From the NCBI GenBank assembly GCA_951406725.2, contig OX597819.1, positions 27,404,001 through 27,468,000 on the forward strand: a stretch of DNA of 64,000 bases, written 5' to 3'. The DNA comes from Octopus vulgaris (taxonomy: Eukaryota). The notes beneath the pieces were generated by a model that saw nothing but the letters and a program-made list of their open reading frames with translations, was not told the origin of the DNA and did no database searches. The translations under genes were made by a program, and so were the position numbers. Shown here one piece after another: positions 14,871-27,191 of this stretch (positions are counted from its first letter, which is position 1; every line of letters starts with the position of its first letter).

Positions 14871-16073
14871 TAGTGTCGTCGCCTCATACCAGTCCTTATT
14901 GAATAGACCAAAAATTTTAATCAACGGTGTGCCAAGCTCAACCACCCAGTCTTCTTTCTTATCATGTATCTAGTATTATGTTATCTCCTGTATTCTCCCC
15001 TTCTTGCTTCAATACCATAAAGTTGTGATATGGAGTAATTCAGTTGCTATTTCTAGCAGACCGAAAGACCGCGAATCAATTACCTCGTTAGTCCATAAAT
15101 GATCACGATGATGATGATGATGATGATGTCAACGACAGTCGTCGTCGTCGTCGTCGTCGTCATTATCAGTAAGGGCGTACATTCCGAGTGTGGTAGGTGT
15201 GCGCTGCACACTCATCGAAAATGGCAAGTTCATTATAAATATCAACCTTACTCGTTAATTTAATTACAAATCGTAATGGAAAAGTTTTGTTATAGCTGTG
15301 CTTGAAATTTGGTGACATAGGGTGTGACAGCCCATCCACTACAATTACTATCATACGTTTTGAATTTAGATAAGAACACTGCATCATTATCAATATCGTG
15401 ATGAGCAGTGGAGTCGGTTTAAACACAAAAATACCAGATTGACTACCCTTGTAATACTTGCTTCTACCACCTGTAACGTTTTGAATTTAGATATCGCGAG
15501 AACTGATTTTGACTTTCGTGACTCTGGGATGGGAAGAAGCGATGAAAAGAAGCACCAGTTATAATGAACAAATATCTTATTCTTCCATTAATGTGTGGTG
15601 TGGAAGATGCTTATGTCAAATATAAGAACTGAAATATTATAAGATACCGCGAGTCGGGGAGTTGTGAAGATAGCAGAGTCCTAACACTGAGTAAACATCG
15701 ATAGAACGATCGACTTTATACGAATATGAGCGTTTGTACATAGTATAAGGTATTCGTGTATCGGGTACGACTTTAAACTGCATTTCATAGAGGGGCCCTG
15801 GTTGAGAGTTCCAGGGTTTTGAGGTGCATTGAACTACCTCTTACTCACCATTCTATCCAGGTCTACTCTAACCTGGAGTAGGTTTACGGAAACATAAACA
15901 GTAACATTGTCCTCTATGGGACCGCCACACTTAGTTGGCAAATATGTTTTACGATTCGGTACTTTTACTGTTAACCTCTCTGCTCAAAGATTTAATATAG
16001 CTTATTTCTCCTTTTTCGAGATCAACGACAGTTTGTCGCTGGATAAGGCATACTGTAGTTTATTATTAGCGCT

Positions 16074-16142
16074 CTTGCTGATGAAGAACACAGATAGTAA
16101 ATTATTTTATTTGTTCATTAATGTCCGAAACCTAGGTACAAG
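16074..16142 (+). ncRNA. Type I hammerhead ribozyme motif
   Basis: CTTG-CTGATGA-agaaca...tgtcc-GAAAC-CTAG-GTA-CAAG: intact core, 4-bp stem I, palindromic stem III ACCTAGGT, imperfect stem II. Confidence 0.72.
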
Positions 16143-16380
16143 TGGAAACTATTGAAAATGCTTTTATTTTTCATCACCTTCGAAATTACTCTTAACCATG
16201 GTTTGGACTTTACTCCTTTTATCATGTAAGGTATTCTGTTAGGGTCACATCTTTTGAGTATAAATGTACACTAATTTTATATGAAAAATACGTTGTCTAT
16301 TGACTATTTCATGCATGCTAGCCACTGGTAGAAAATTTCTCTAATTTTTCTACCCTATATATATTTCATATATATATATT

Positions 16381-16802
16381 AGAAATATTGCATTTCTAAA
16401 TCTCTCAGAGAGAGAGTTATGCAATAGCAATACGATAATGTGATGGCTTGTTGCCAACATAATGTGACAGTCCCAGGAAAGGGAAGAATGCTACTGTTAT
16501 TTAGCCCCAGGAAACACCGTTTCTAGTTGACTACGTGACACAAGCGTTCAGTGTCCCTAAGTTTTCAAACAGGGGAGATAAGCACCTCCACCCAACAAAG
16601 CCAGCAACCAGGGACTAGTTTCAGGGTAGTTGCCCTTCATCAGTCTGGAGTTGCTTGGCTTTGCTAGCTGTCAGTGTTAAATCGCTGTTGAAAACTTATA
16701 GAAGTGCAAGTGAAATAAATTCATTGATCTACAAAATTAGAAATATTGCATTTCTAAATCTCTTAGAGAGAGTTATGCAGCAGCAGTACGATAAAATGAT
16801 GG
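16381..16802 (-). mobile_element. Terminally redundant 358-bp unit with one HHR (non-LTR retrozyme / PLE pLTR-like)
   Basis: About 65-bp direct repeat at 16381 and 16739 flanking the HHR at 16603-16655; abuts a (TA)n tract. Confidence 0.65.
16603..16655 (-). ncRNA. Minimal type I hammerhead ribozyme
   Basis: Minus strand AGCAACtCCAGA-CTGATGA-AGGG(caacta)CCCT-GAAAC-TA-GTC-CCTGG-TTGCT; GUC triplet; one mismatch at the base of stem I. Confidence 0.8.
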
Positions 16803-16945
16803 ATTCGTTTATGGTAATCTTATGAGTATGCAAATAAAACTGTTATTTCATTATGCCGGCCAGTGTCTAATGATACTGAATAGTTAGTCAGTTTTTCAGG
16901 ATTGCATCATGATATAATGAACGATAAATATAATACGAACGATAT

Positions 16946-17134
16946 TTCTAAGATGGAATTTATAAATAATTGATATATCGCTACGTACGTTTCCATGAAT
17001 CACATGATTTTGGCCATGGATAATACGGACTATACTGTACTAATCCCAAGGACACCGACTCTGATGTCAAAACTATGTGATTTATGGAAACGTACGTAGC
17101 GATGTTTTAAGTATTTATAAATCCCATCCTAGAA
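16946..17134. repeat. Imperfect inverted repeat (about 70-bp arms, 46-bp spacer)
   Basis: 16946-17017 is the reverse complement of 17064-17134 (for example ATCGCTACGTACGTTTCCAT / ATGGAAACGTACGTAGCGAT). Confidence 0.9.
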
Positions 17135-17236
17135 TTATTACTATATATATCTTCTGTCTGGGGGTCAAGAACATGTTCTTGAACACCAGAAAGAAGATAA
17201 ACTGTTTTTACTTCAAATTTTTATCAGTTTTTACTG

Positions 17237-17269
17237 ATATTTGATAAGATTCATCGAAAGCAGTAATAT
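17237..17269 (+). ncRNA. Ultra-minimal HHR-like motif, U3:A8 variant (possibly decayed)
   Basis: ATAT-TTGATAA-GAT(tc)ATC-GAAA-gca-GTA-ATAT; G.G mismatch in stem III. Confidence 0.4.
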
Positions 17270-17444
17270 TTCTTTATATATTTTTTTAAAATAAGTTTTA
17301 AAATCATTTTATTAAATTCTTTCTTAAATTGAAATGTCTGAGACTTACTTCTGTGCTATTTTCACCTCCATCCATTATATATATAAAAAATTGTATAAAT
17401 TTCTAATATTTTTCAACTATATATATATATACATATATATATAA

Positions 17445-17980
17445 AGACTTCTTGAATTTTGTGTGGTCAGTTTCTTTTTTTATGTGTCCTGGTGTAATGT
17501 TGAAGAGAGCGGGTCCAATTGAGGTGAAATAGTTGTGCCGTATTGTCGTTATGTGATGCAAATTTAGATTTTTGTTGTGGACGGATGGCACGTGGTCCAA
17601 GCCTTGGATGTATTTTGAAGGTGATGCCAACATCATTCGGACAGTGCTGATGGAATATTTTCCACATCATACAGATAATGTAGCGTTCACGACGTCGTTG
17701 GAGTTAATACAGTTTCAGCTTCTCTAGTCTACCCTAGTAGTCAAGGTCTGACATGCCATCTATCTTTTTTGTGATTGACCTTTGGGGAGCTTCAATTCTC
17801 ATAATATTTTGTTTTGTGTAGGGAGACCACAGTGGACAGCAGTATTCAAGGTGGGGTCGGGCAAAAGTGGAGAAGAGAAGGATAATAGTGTGGGAATCTC
17901 TCGACTGGAAGGTTCTGAGAATCCAGGAACACATTCTGCGGGCCATGTCAACTTTGCTGCTTTTATGTGTAGCCCAGCTT
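17445..17980 (-). mobile_element. CR1/L2-group LINE ORF2 C-terminal fragment
   Basis: WILRTFQSRD..IILLFSTFARPHLEYCCPLWSPY...IEAPQRSITKKI..LDY*GRLEKLKLY*LQRRRER; YFTSIGPALFN. Confidence 0.9.
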
Positions 17981-18099
17981 ATATATGTAGAATATTAATA
18001 TAGACAGCCGTGCGCAGTGTATAATTGTTCCTAAATAATTGTTCCTAAATGGAACTAAGAGTGTTAGAACACCTACATTGCTAGAAACTGTAATCGCCC

Positions 18100-18188
<89 letters not shown>

Positions 18189-18192
18189 ATTG

Positions 18193-18226
<34 letters not shown>

Positions 18227-18244
18227 TTCTATTCTATATAATAC

Positions 18245-18305
<61 letters not shown>

Positions 18306-18900
18306 TCCGTTATAGTCCTTTTCTTCCATTTCGTGATAATTCTCAATTACTACGATGTGTGATACAATTACGTCAACATTTACGACCTGGTTATTAACAT
18401 TGCTTTTAAAAGTTTTCTGAAAGCATGCTATACAGTGGAATCGTGTCAGTTGAGTCAGTGACCAGATTGTAAGTGTGTGCGTGTGTGTGTGTGTGAAACG
18501 ATAGAATTTGTTGATATGTTATACGGTATTCTGTATTCGCAGGGTAAATCAATATCGAACATAGCATATATACATACACTCAATCCTACACGCATACGTA
18601 CAAACACGCAATCATACACGCATACATACATACATACATACATAATACACACATACATACATACATACATACATTCATAATACATACATACATACATACA
18701 TACATACATACATACATACATTCATAATACATACATACATACATACATACATACATACATACATACATACATACATACATACATACATTCATAATACATA
18801 CATACATACATACATACATACATACATTCATAATACATACATACATACATACATACATTCATAATACATACATACATACATACATATATACATACATACA

Positions 18901-18934
<34 letters not shown>

Positions 18935-18939
18935 CATAC

Positions 18940-19480
18940 GTGACGTTATAGCTAGGACACTGAATAACAAGATCCGTCAAAAGGATAACCTCGAGAGCAA
19001 AGAAATAAGAACACACAGTGTAATGGAAGTCATAGCCACTCATAATAGAAAGGAGTACTGGTGGAATAACCCAGTGAAAACCTCAATAAAATGTAAGTAT
19101 AACATACCTGATATAATGATCTGGGATAGAGAGGAGAACCTGTGCGCAGTTGTGGCAATTAGCTGCCCAGCGAATGCTAACATAAAACTAAAGATCAGTG
19201 AAAAAGAGAATCCCTACACTGAAGTATTGAGAAATCTGCAGTTACTCTATCCAGATTACAAGTTCAGGTTTATATTTGTAATTATTGGAGCCCTTGGATA
19301 TGTGATACTGCCTAAATAACAATCTTGAGAAATTAAGCTTCTCAAAACCAGAAAGGAGAAAGCTAATTAGAAGCCTACAGATCCAATCCATCACTGGAAC
19401 TGTAAACTTCTGTAATACTTTTCAGACGTTTATCATTTAAATATCTACGAGCTTGTCTAGATATGTAATTATTGGCATGA
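18940..19480 (+). mobile_element. RLE-type (R4/Dong/NeSL-like) non-LTR retrotransposon 3' fragment
   Basis: WWN.PVKT..KCKYNIPDIMIWDRE...AVVAISCP...K..EKEN.Y...FIFVIIGALG: restriction-like endonuclease signature; adjoins a (TACA)n tract. Confidence 0.85.
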
Positions 19481-19584
19481 GAATACATACATAAAACAAT
19501 ACATACAAATCTGCATATATACATATACATACGTGCATACATACACACGCACACACATACATATGCACAATAACATATATGCAA

Positions 19585-19652
<68 letters not shown>

Positions 19653-19921
19653 ATGCATATATATATATATACCACACACACTTGCATGTGTGTATTATAT
19701 ATATATGTACTTATGTGAGTATGTGTGTGTAAATATGTATACTGACACATGCACACACGCCCACACACATGTATGTGTGTGTATCTATCTATCTATCTAG
19801 CTAGCTATATATATATATATATATATATATATCTATATATATATATATATATACATATATATATACATACATACATACATACATACATACATACATACAT
19901 ACATACATACATAAACACTCA

Positions 19922-20075
19922 CACGACGAGCTTCTTTCAGTTTCTGCCTACCAGATCTACTTACAAGGCATGGGTCGGCCCGAGGCTATAGAAAAAATGT
20001 CTCTTCAAGGTGCCACGAAGTGGGATTGAACACGGAACCAATGTTGTTGGGAAGCAAACTTTTTAGCACACACCT
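19922..20075 (-). mobile_element. SINE family B 5' half, diverged
   Basis: CGACGAGCTTCTTTCAGTTT...GGTGCCACGAAGTGGGATTGAAC. Confidence 0.75.
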
Positions 20076-20156
20076 TTACCAAATACGTTTGTGTTTATTA
20101 CATTATATAAATACAGACAGATAAACAGAGACAGATAGACAGAGAGACAGACATAC

Positions 20157-20249
<93 letters not shown>

Positions 20250-21626
20250 AACAGACAGACAGGCAGACAGACAGACAGACAGACAGATAGATAGATAATT
20301 TTCAGCATATTCCTCTTGTGTACGTCGATTACTGCATTTTGGTAGCTCACATTTTAAGCGATGAATGCCGTTGGATTTGACCTTTGCCTTTTAATTCTCT
20401 AGGTTTTGCAATGGCCCAAACGAGCTGATGCAGTCGTTCTTTTTCTTACTGTTGTTGTTGTTGTTGTTGTTGTCGTCGTCGTCGTGTAATGCCAGGTCAA
20501 CCACACTGAATGAATAGACCTATGTTTAAAGGCTCCCCAGAAATGACCATTCTGTTTCTTTTCTTTTTTTGTTTCTCGTCTCAACCGTCGAGTGCCCTTT
20601 CTTTTATAAAACAGCAAATGGTCTGTGATTTGATCGAGATTTCCCTGCTCGAGTCTCCGTCATTGAATCGTGAAATTACTAATTGAAACACGCTGTAGAA
20701 TAGGTTAATTCAATCAACTGGAACCGGGGAAAATATTGACTCATTTCTCAGGATGATGAATATCTTGGCTTCTAAAGACTGTAGTATGGAAGCTAATTTG
20801 AGATTAGTGTAGAAATTTCCTCTTTCTTCTTCTTCTTCTTCTTCTTCTTCTTCTTCTTCTTCTTCTTCTTCTTCTTCTTCCTTTCTTCGTCTATTTCTCC
20901 TCACCTCTTCTTCTTCTTTTCGTCTTAATTTTCTCTTCTCCTGTTTCCTGCTGTCTTCATTCCTTTCTTTCTTTTTCACCTCCTCCTCCTTCTTCTTCTT
21001 TTTCCTTCTCTTCTCTTTTTTTTTTTTTTCATGTCAGTAAAATAGCTCTCATATTTTCTCATACCCCTTCCGTGCCAACAGTTAAAGGAAAAACCAGGGG
21101 TGGGCGGAGATTTTACATACGTTATTGGCAGTTACGTATCCAAAATCTCTGTCCTCGGTAACGCATCAGTGCTAATAATAATAAAATACACCATATGAAT
21201 TTCGTTTTTGTTGCAACAGGCTCTTGTTGCTGTTGTTATTATTGTTATTGCTAATTTTATCGTTCTTTGCGCTCCCGTTTATGCAATAAGAGTATTTATA
21301 TGTGCATTGTTACCATGCTATTCTATACATAGGTACATTTGTAAACACATACTTTAGGGGCTGTTATCTTGTGGTGCTGGGAATTGCAGTGAATGATAAG
21401 AGCAAAATTTTAGAAATACCAGATATTTCTTTAAGCTAAAATAGAAAGCTTGAAGTAAAGCATAGTTTTCTGCTATCGGTGGGAGCATCAAAAGTTACAC
21501 TAATATTTCATTGTAACCACTACACCAAATGATATGAAACCTAATTCAGAACAAAGAGTACATTGTAAGCTAATAATAAACTGGTTTTTTTTTGTTTTGT
21601 TTTTCTTAGTAAAAATATAGGAGAAT

Positions 21627-22639
21627 ATGCCTTCGCAGGAAGACAAATGCCAAATAGCATGTCATTTGGTCCGTGCACAAATCGAACCGAAGTGAATCTC
21701 AAGCATAGTCGGAGTATCCTTACGCACAGTTTATAACGCCAAGAAAAGAATGGATGTGGGCAACAGCATTCAGAGGACGTCTGGCAGTGGTGGGGGTCAA
21801 CAAGAAGTGGAATCAAGATTTCATCAGCATCTTAAAGTTCCAAATTTCAACCGAACCAACCATATCCATGAGGAAGCTGGCTTCTAAACTTGAAGTGGAC
21901 CCCAAGACCATCAGAAGATCTGTGAATGATGACTTGGGCCTCAAGTCGTCTTACATCAAGACACCGAGACACCACCTGACAGAATTTATGAAGGCCAGGA
22001 GACTGGAGAGGTGCAAAACGGTTCTTACATACACCAAGAAGAAAGGCTCCACTGTGAAAATTTTCTCTGATGAGATCACAGTGGATGCCGTTGTGAACTG
22101 CAGAAACGACTGGTACATTGCAGAGTCAATAGCTGACATAACGGGCACCTTCAGAACAAAACATCGAACCCAGGTCATGGCCTTCGGTGTTGCGGCCTCC
22201 GACAGAAGAAAAATGCCCATTTACTTCTACAAATTCGGAGTAAAGTGGGTACTAACGCCTACTACAAGACGCTGGATTGCTATGTCTTGCCATGGCTCAA
22301 AGCCAACTACTCGGAGGTAAAATATGTGTGGACCCAGGATGGTGCTCTCAGCCATTCTGCCAAGAAAGTACAGAATTTCCACAAATCCAACTTAGCTGCT
22401 TTCTGGGTGCGGACTTCTGGCCCTCTTCCAGTCCAGATCTCAACCCTCAGGACTATGCCGTGTAACGCATTTTGGAGCATGCCACCAACAAAACCTCCCA
22501 CCCCAACATCTACTCTCTGAAAGCTGCCATCAATGAGGAGTGAACCACGATGTCCAGTGACTTTGCGGTGGAGAGTTGTGCGGGATTCCGGGGTCGTATG
22601 GAGGCCGTAATTACAAACAATGGAAGCCATATAGAATGA
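21627..22639 (+). pseudogene. maT/DD37D-family (IS630-Tc1-mariner) transposase pseudogene
   Basis: ATG at 21627 to TGA at 22639 over several frameshifts; IFSDE, WTQDGALSH, WPSSSPDLNPQDY; 37 residues between 2nd and 3rd Asp after correcting one frameshift; TIR remnants near 21474 and 22705. Confidence 0.88.
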
Positions 22640-22849
22640 ATTTTTCGTTTTGTAATTATATGTGTATGTTATTAACGTATTTTTGAGTTTCTAAACTTGA
22701 TGCGCAATTAGAGAGTTTCAAATGTTGCAGCAATTTTTGCAAGTTTTGCTCCTCCACTCTGTTGTAGATGATGGATGTGTGTTTCTTCGACAAATAATAC
22801 TGAGCTCAAATAACCTAATGGATAAAACCTTATGCATGAGCGAAGAGCT

Positions 22850-22975
22850 TTGTTTTGCAGCAATAGCTTTAGTGTTCGATTGCCGGACCAAGTACAGTGT
22901 TGTATCCTTGAGCGAAGCATTTCTTTTCATGTTGCTCCAATCTACTAAGCTGAAAAAAAATGAGTACCAGCCTAG
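22850..22975 (+). mobile_element. SINE family C fragment
   Basis: GTTCGATT..GG..TGTATCCTTGAGC..TTTCATGTTGCTCCA..AAAATGAGTA, similar to 38920-39050. Confidence 0.55.
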
Positions 22976-23961
22976 TCCTAGTGCAGTTCTTTCATTCTCC
23001 AGCTGTCTCACTGTCGATGTTCCTCTGAGGCAATAGGTGTGAAGGCAGAGAGTGTGTACACCTCTCCCTGCGTCTACATAGATACGTAAGTCTGTTGACG
23101 AAAGCATGGTACATATTATTCATATTGATCTCAAGTCTTCGCACAAGGCCAACAATTGATATAAAAGTCTGGAATTTACATTCGATTTTCTCTTGGTGAC
23201 GTGGATTGGAGCCAAATCTTTTTTAATAAACGACGCGAAACATTATCACAGGAAAGTTTCCCAGAAGTCCTGTTACGTAATTCCTTAGCTAGGTAAACGG
23301 ATAGATGTGAATTGACTCGTATTGCGCAGATACACATCATCAGTAACTGAATCGGGTCATACATGAAATCACGATCTGTGATGCAGTCAACCAGTACATC
23401 TATCGCCAGATCATTCCGAAAACATCACTGAAATTATTCCATCGGTAATTTCGAGTACATTACCCTCTACTTCGTAATTCGTTCAGTGTTCGTCATCAGT
23501 TTGGAATGTTTTATTTTGAAGGACATTCACATGTATATAAAAGAAGTAAAACTCGAAAGATTATTTGAATTTGTTCATAATTTCACACTTACGTAATGAA
23601 TATTTCTATAAATCGAGTCCTTTTTGCTAAATTAAGCAATATTTACAAATATGTTATCTTAAACTTCTCAAGAAATATTCTTAAATAATTTAGGGCGGCA
23701 AAAATGCCAGAAACGGTAAAAAAAAAATGGTTTTATAAAAAAGAATTTTTTTCTATAACAAGTTTTTACCTTTAACATTCAATGATTAATTTACAAAATT
23801 AATTACAGTGGGTGAACTGTACGATGAGAAAAGAAATAGGCTCTAAGCAAGTGAAGTCCAAAAAGTCTCTTTGATTTTGTACCTCTAAATCCGATGTGTC
23901 TTGTAATAAACAGCATAAGCATTGCTTCATTTTATATATTCTTCACCCTAAAAGTATAGAG

Positions 23962-24328
23962 CAGAGGTTCTCAACTGGTCTCCATATAGACCTGAGGGTA
24001 TATATAGGACCTTTTTTTTTATTGGTGTGGATGGGGTCGACGCATCAGAATAGTAAATTAGTGATCCACAGTAGAATTTTAAGGGCCCCTGAAAAAATTT
24101 TGCTTTCAAAGTATGTATTGGTATGTATTGCAAGAAACAGCCAGGTTACGTTCTTCTAAAGTTTTACATAGTTCAACCCACACAAGTGAATGCGTGGAAA
24201 AAAAAATAGGTATTTTGAAAGAAGTTTTTTATAATGCTAGTTTGTAAACATCGAACAGATATGGAGGTCCACCAGAATAAAATAGTAATCAAAGGGGTCC
24301 ACAGATTAAAAATGGTTGAGGACCCCTG
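23962..24328. mobile_element. hAT (Charlie-like) MITE, 367 bp
   Basis: TIRs CAGAGGTTCTCAAC / GTTGAGGACCCCTG; 8-bp TSD GTATAGAG / ATATAGAG. Confidence 0.88.
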
Positions 24329-24504
24329 ATATAGAGCATCGTTAAAGTCCAGTGTTTTTTTTTTTTGTTTTTACATAATTTGTGACCAGCAGTTTGTGGT
24401 ACACGCGTCGTACGAAGCAAATGAATAGACATTTTGGCTCAATTCAAAAGACACGCACATGCATGTTCATGCGCTCGCGCGCGTGTGTGTATGTGCGTAT
24501 ATGC

Positions 24505-24569
<65 letters not shown>

Positions 24570-24829
24570 TCGTTTTATGCATGAATGCAAAGTATGCAAT
24601 ACATGCTTAAGAAATATAATTGAACGTAAGCACAATAATAATAAGGTTCTTGTTTTTATGAGACACGTGAGAAGAGGTTATGCACCCTATTTCAATAACA
24701 TGGCTTCGATTGTTAAAATGCTATGGGGCGTTTGTATATCTTCCTTAATTGTAGCATCTTGGCGTGTACATATGTGTGTGAGTGGTGTGTTTGCTGTATT
24801 ATCATGTGTGTATATGTGCACAGTTACAT

Positions 24830-25670
24830 GAAGCTAGGTGAAGAAAATCCGGTTATTTAAACCGAATGGTTGCGTTGTTCCAAGGCGGAAAGTAAGTTTT
24901 GTTCGTTTTGTAAGCAAGATTCGAGGGAGCCGTAGTGTAGGACGTTACTGGAGACGGAGAGGCGCAGAAGTGTATAATCAAGGGAATGGAGGTGGCAGCC
25001 CACAGGTGATCTGGCTTTATTTACTCGGATGGTTCAACAGGCACTAAACCTATTACGTAGAGTCTAACCAATCTAACCTGCATAGAGGCGTAGTAAGCAT
25101 GTAATGCAGTGGATTAGGCTCTTATAAATACAGGCGAACCGGTTTATGAAGTGGAAGAAATTACCAGGTCGTGTAAGGCTGAACGGACAGGAATAACTGC
25201 GGGGACGGGAACAAGCAAAGGACCCATCTTGACTAAGTGTATGGAGAAGGGAAATGTTACAGAACAGTCTCACAGATTATGATTGCGTTTAAAGGAAGGG
25301 ATTAAGTATTTGGCGGGAAGTGACTGAATCTGACTAGACGAGTCGTAGGTTGTCGTACAGGTGATGTAACATGTTGATTTGGTTAGGTTAGGGTAAGAGA
25401 AGGCGGGCGGTAGTAAAGTAGATAGGGACAAAAGTGTGGATTTACAGTCGACATTATGATCCTGGATGCAAGTGGCGTCGACTACTGTTCGTGAGTACCA
25501 ACGCCATGTAACTTGATAGAAGTATACTAAAGATGGGGTTATAAAGTTAGGTTCGAAGCTGCAGAGATGCCAATCGCTAGTGCTGTTTTGATTAAGAGCT
25601 CTCATCAATAAAAGATCACGCATATTGATTTCGAAGAAAGGTAATGGGAAGCGTGGGTAGTGATGTTTAT
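24830..25670 (-). mobile_element. Penelope-like element, Neptune-type; degenerate RT end, Cys linker and GIY-YIG endonuclease
   Basis: GSFACSRPRSYSCP..FACIYKSLIHCITC..LYAG*IG*TLRNRF..SPVGCH..QNEQ..FRLGTTQPFGLN on the minus strand. Confidence 0.8.
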
Positions 25671-25725
25671 ACCTTTGTTAAGTTTATACAAATTCAAATT
25701 TTATATTATGCAAAATTCAAATTTT

Positions 25726-25819
25726 GTATCTCTGAAGAGCAGAAGAGTTGTCTATAAATGCTTGTTAATATAGGATTCCATTATAGGAACAGCACTTCTG
25801 CGAAACGATCGTAAGATGC
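25726..25819 (+). ncRNA. Type I hammerhead ribozyme with extended stem II
   Basis: GTATCT-CTGAAGA-GCAGAAG...CTTCTGC-GAAAC-GATC-GTA-AGATGC; all core nucleotides intact; stem II continues through TTGT/ACAG and CTATAA/TTATAG. Confidence 0.88.
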
Positions 25820-25984
25820 TTTAAAAACTTAATTAAAATCTTTTAAATTGTCATATACGTTATACATTTATACTTACACATATACATTTATACTTACACT
25901 CGACATCACAAAATACGACTGAATAAACATTGCCGGACAGCAAATAGAGACTTGGATATTGCTTAGAAAATAATTTTCATTTTT

Positions 25985-26067
25985 AACCTCGTATATAGTA
26001 CGCACTAGGGATTTTGACCTTGAAATTTTGGGGGAAAAATGCGGATTATACTCGAGGATTTACGGTA
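25985..26067. mobile_element. Single end of a pogo/Tc2-like DNA transposon
   Basis: Terminus TGCGGATTATACTCGAGGATTTACGG-TA. Confidence 0.5.
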
Positions 26068-27122
26068 TGTACCGTTGTTAAGTGTTATAGAAGTTTAACT
26101 GAAATAACTCGAGTGAGGATTAAGCCTGAACTGAAAACTTTTCCGCAGCTTACCATCGATGCTCGTTCATTGTTCTCATTTTGTTTATTTATTTGTTGTT
26201 GTTGTTTGCTTGTTTGCTTTTGTCGTTTTTTCGCACGAAAATGGAAATTAACAAAACCAAATTTCTTGGAGATAAGTACATCCGCTTCAATAATGTACAA
26301 CCAGATTTACACAAATTCCTGTTCCTGATCTCAATAAAATATTTTTACTAAAGATTATAATTGCTTTGTTTTTGTTTTGTTTGTTTGTTTGTTTGCTTGT
26401 TTGTTGTTCTTTCAATTTCACAACCAATCCCGGAATTATTTTTGCTGTAATATAGCATTTGTTGAGTAAAGATACTGAAGTAGCTCTCCTATTCATTCCT
26501 CTATAGAAACGCAAATCCGAATATGTAATGTGATAATGAGAAGCAGGAACTCTCCTTGTCTGAGCGTATAAACTGAGGAAGTGAAATGTAATTGTTAGGT
26601 CACTCCCCAGTTGAATTTCACACTTTAAACTAATGCTTTTAATTCGTGTTTGAGTTGACGAAGTTTTCTCCACATCCCAACCGACTACGAAGAAGAGACT
26701 ACACCCTACCATTGCAGAAAGGAAAAAACGCTACATAAGTGCTTCCATCATTTTTGTTCCGGTTGTTTTAGATCAGTTCTGATCACGTAGACTTATTTCT
26801 CGTAGATTTGAATTTTTTAAAGCTTCTCTATCAAATGCTTCCGCGGCTTCTATGTGTCCCTTAAGAATATGGATTGACATCTGAGAAGTTCGTCTCCAAT
26901 GTGCAAGTTTGGACATGTACTTTTTTGCGAGAGGAGGTATCGAAGGCCAGCAATTGTCCCAACCTAGAAGCCTCCCTTTTGCACACCATCGTTGTTTGCC
27001 CCAAGAAAAGTTCAAGGGCTTGCTCTGCCGGGTATCTATGTCGTTGCAGAAGTTGCAGTCAGAATAGTTATCGCAAACAAACCTATCCGAAAAGCTAACA
27101 ATTCTACAGCCACACACCAACA

Positions 27123-27191
<69 letters not shown>

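Noticed and set aside
26773-27110. Unique-sequence ORFs on both strands
   Set aside because: No recognisable motif; the ORF starts within or near a (TG)n tract; cannot be supported as coding
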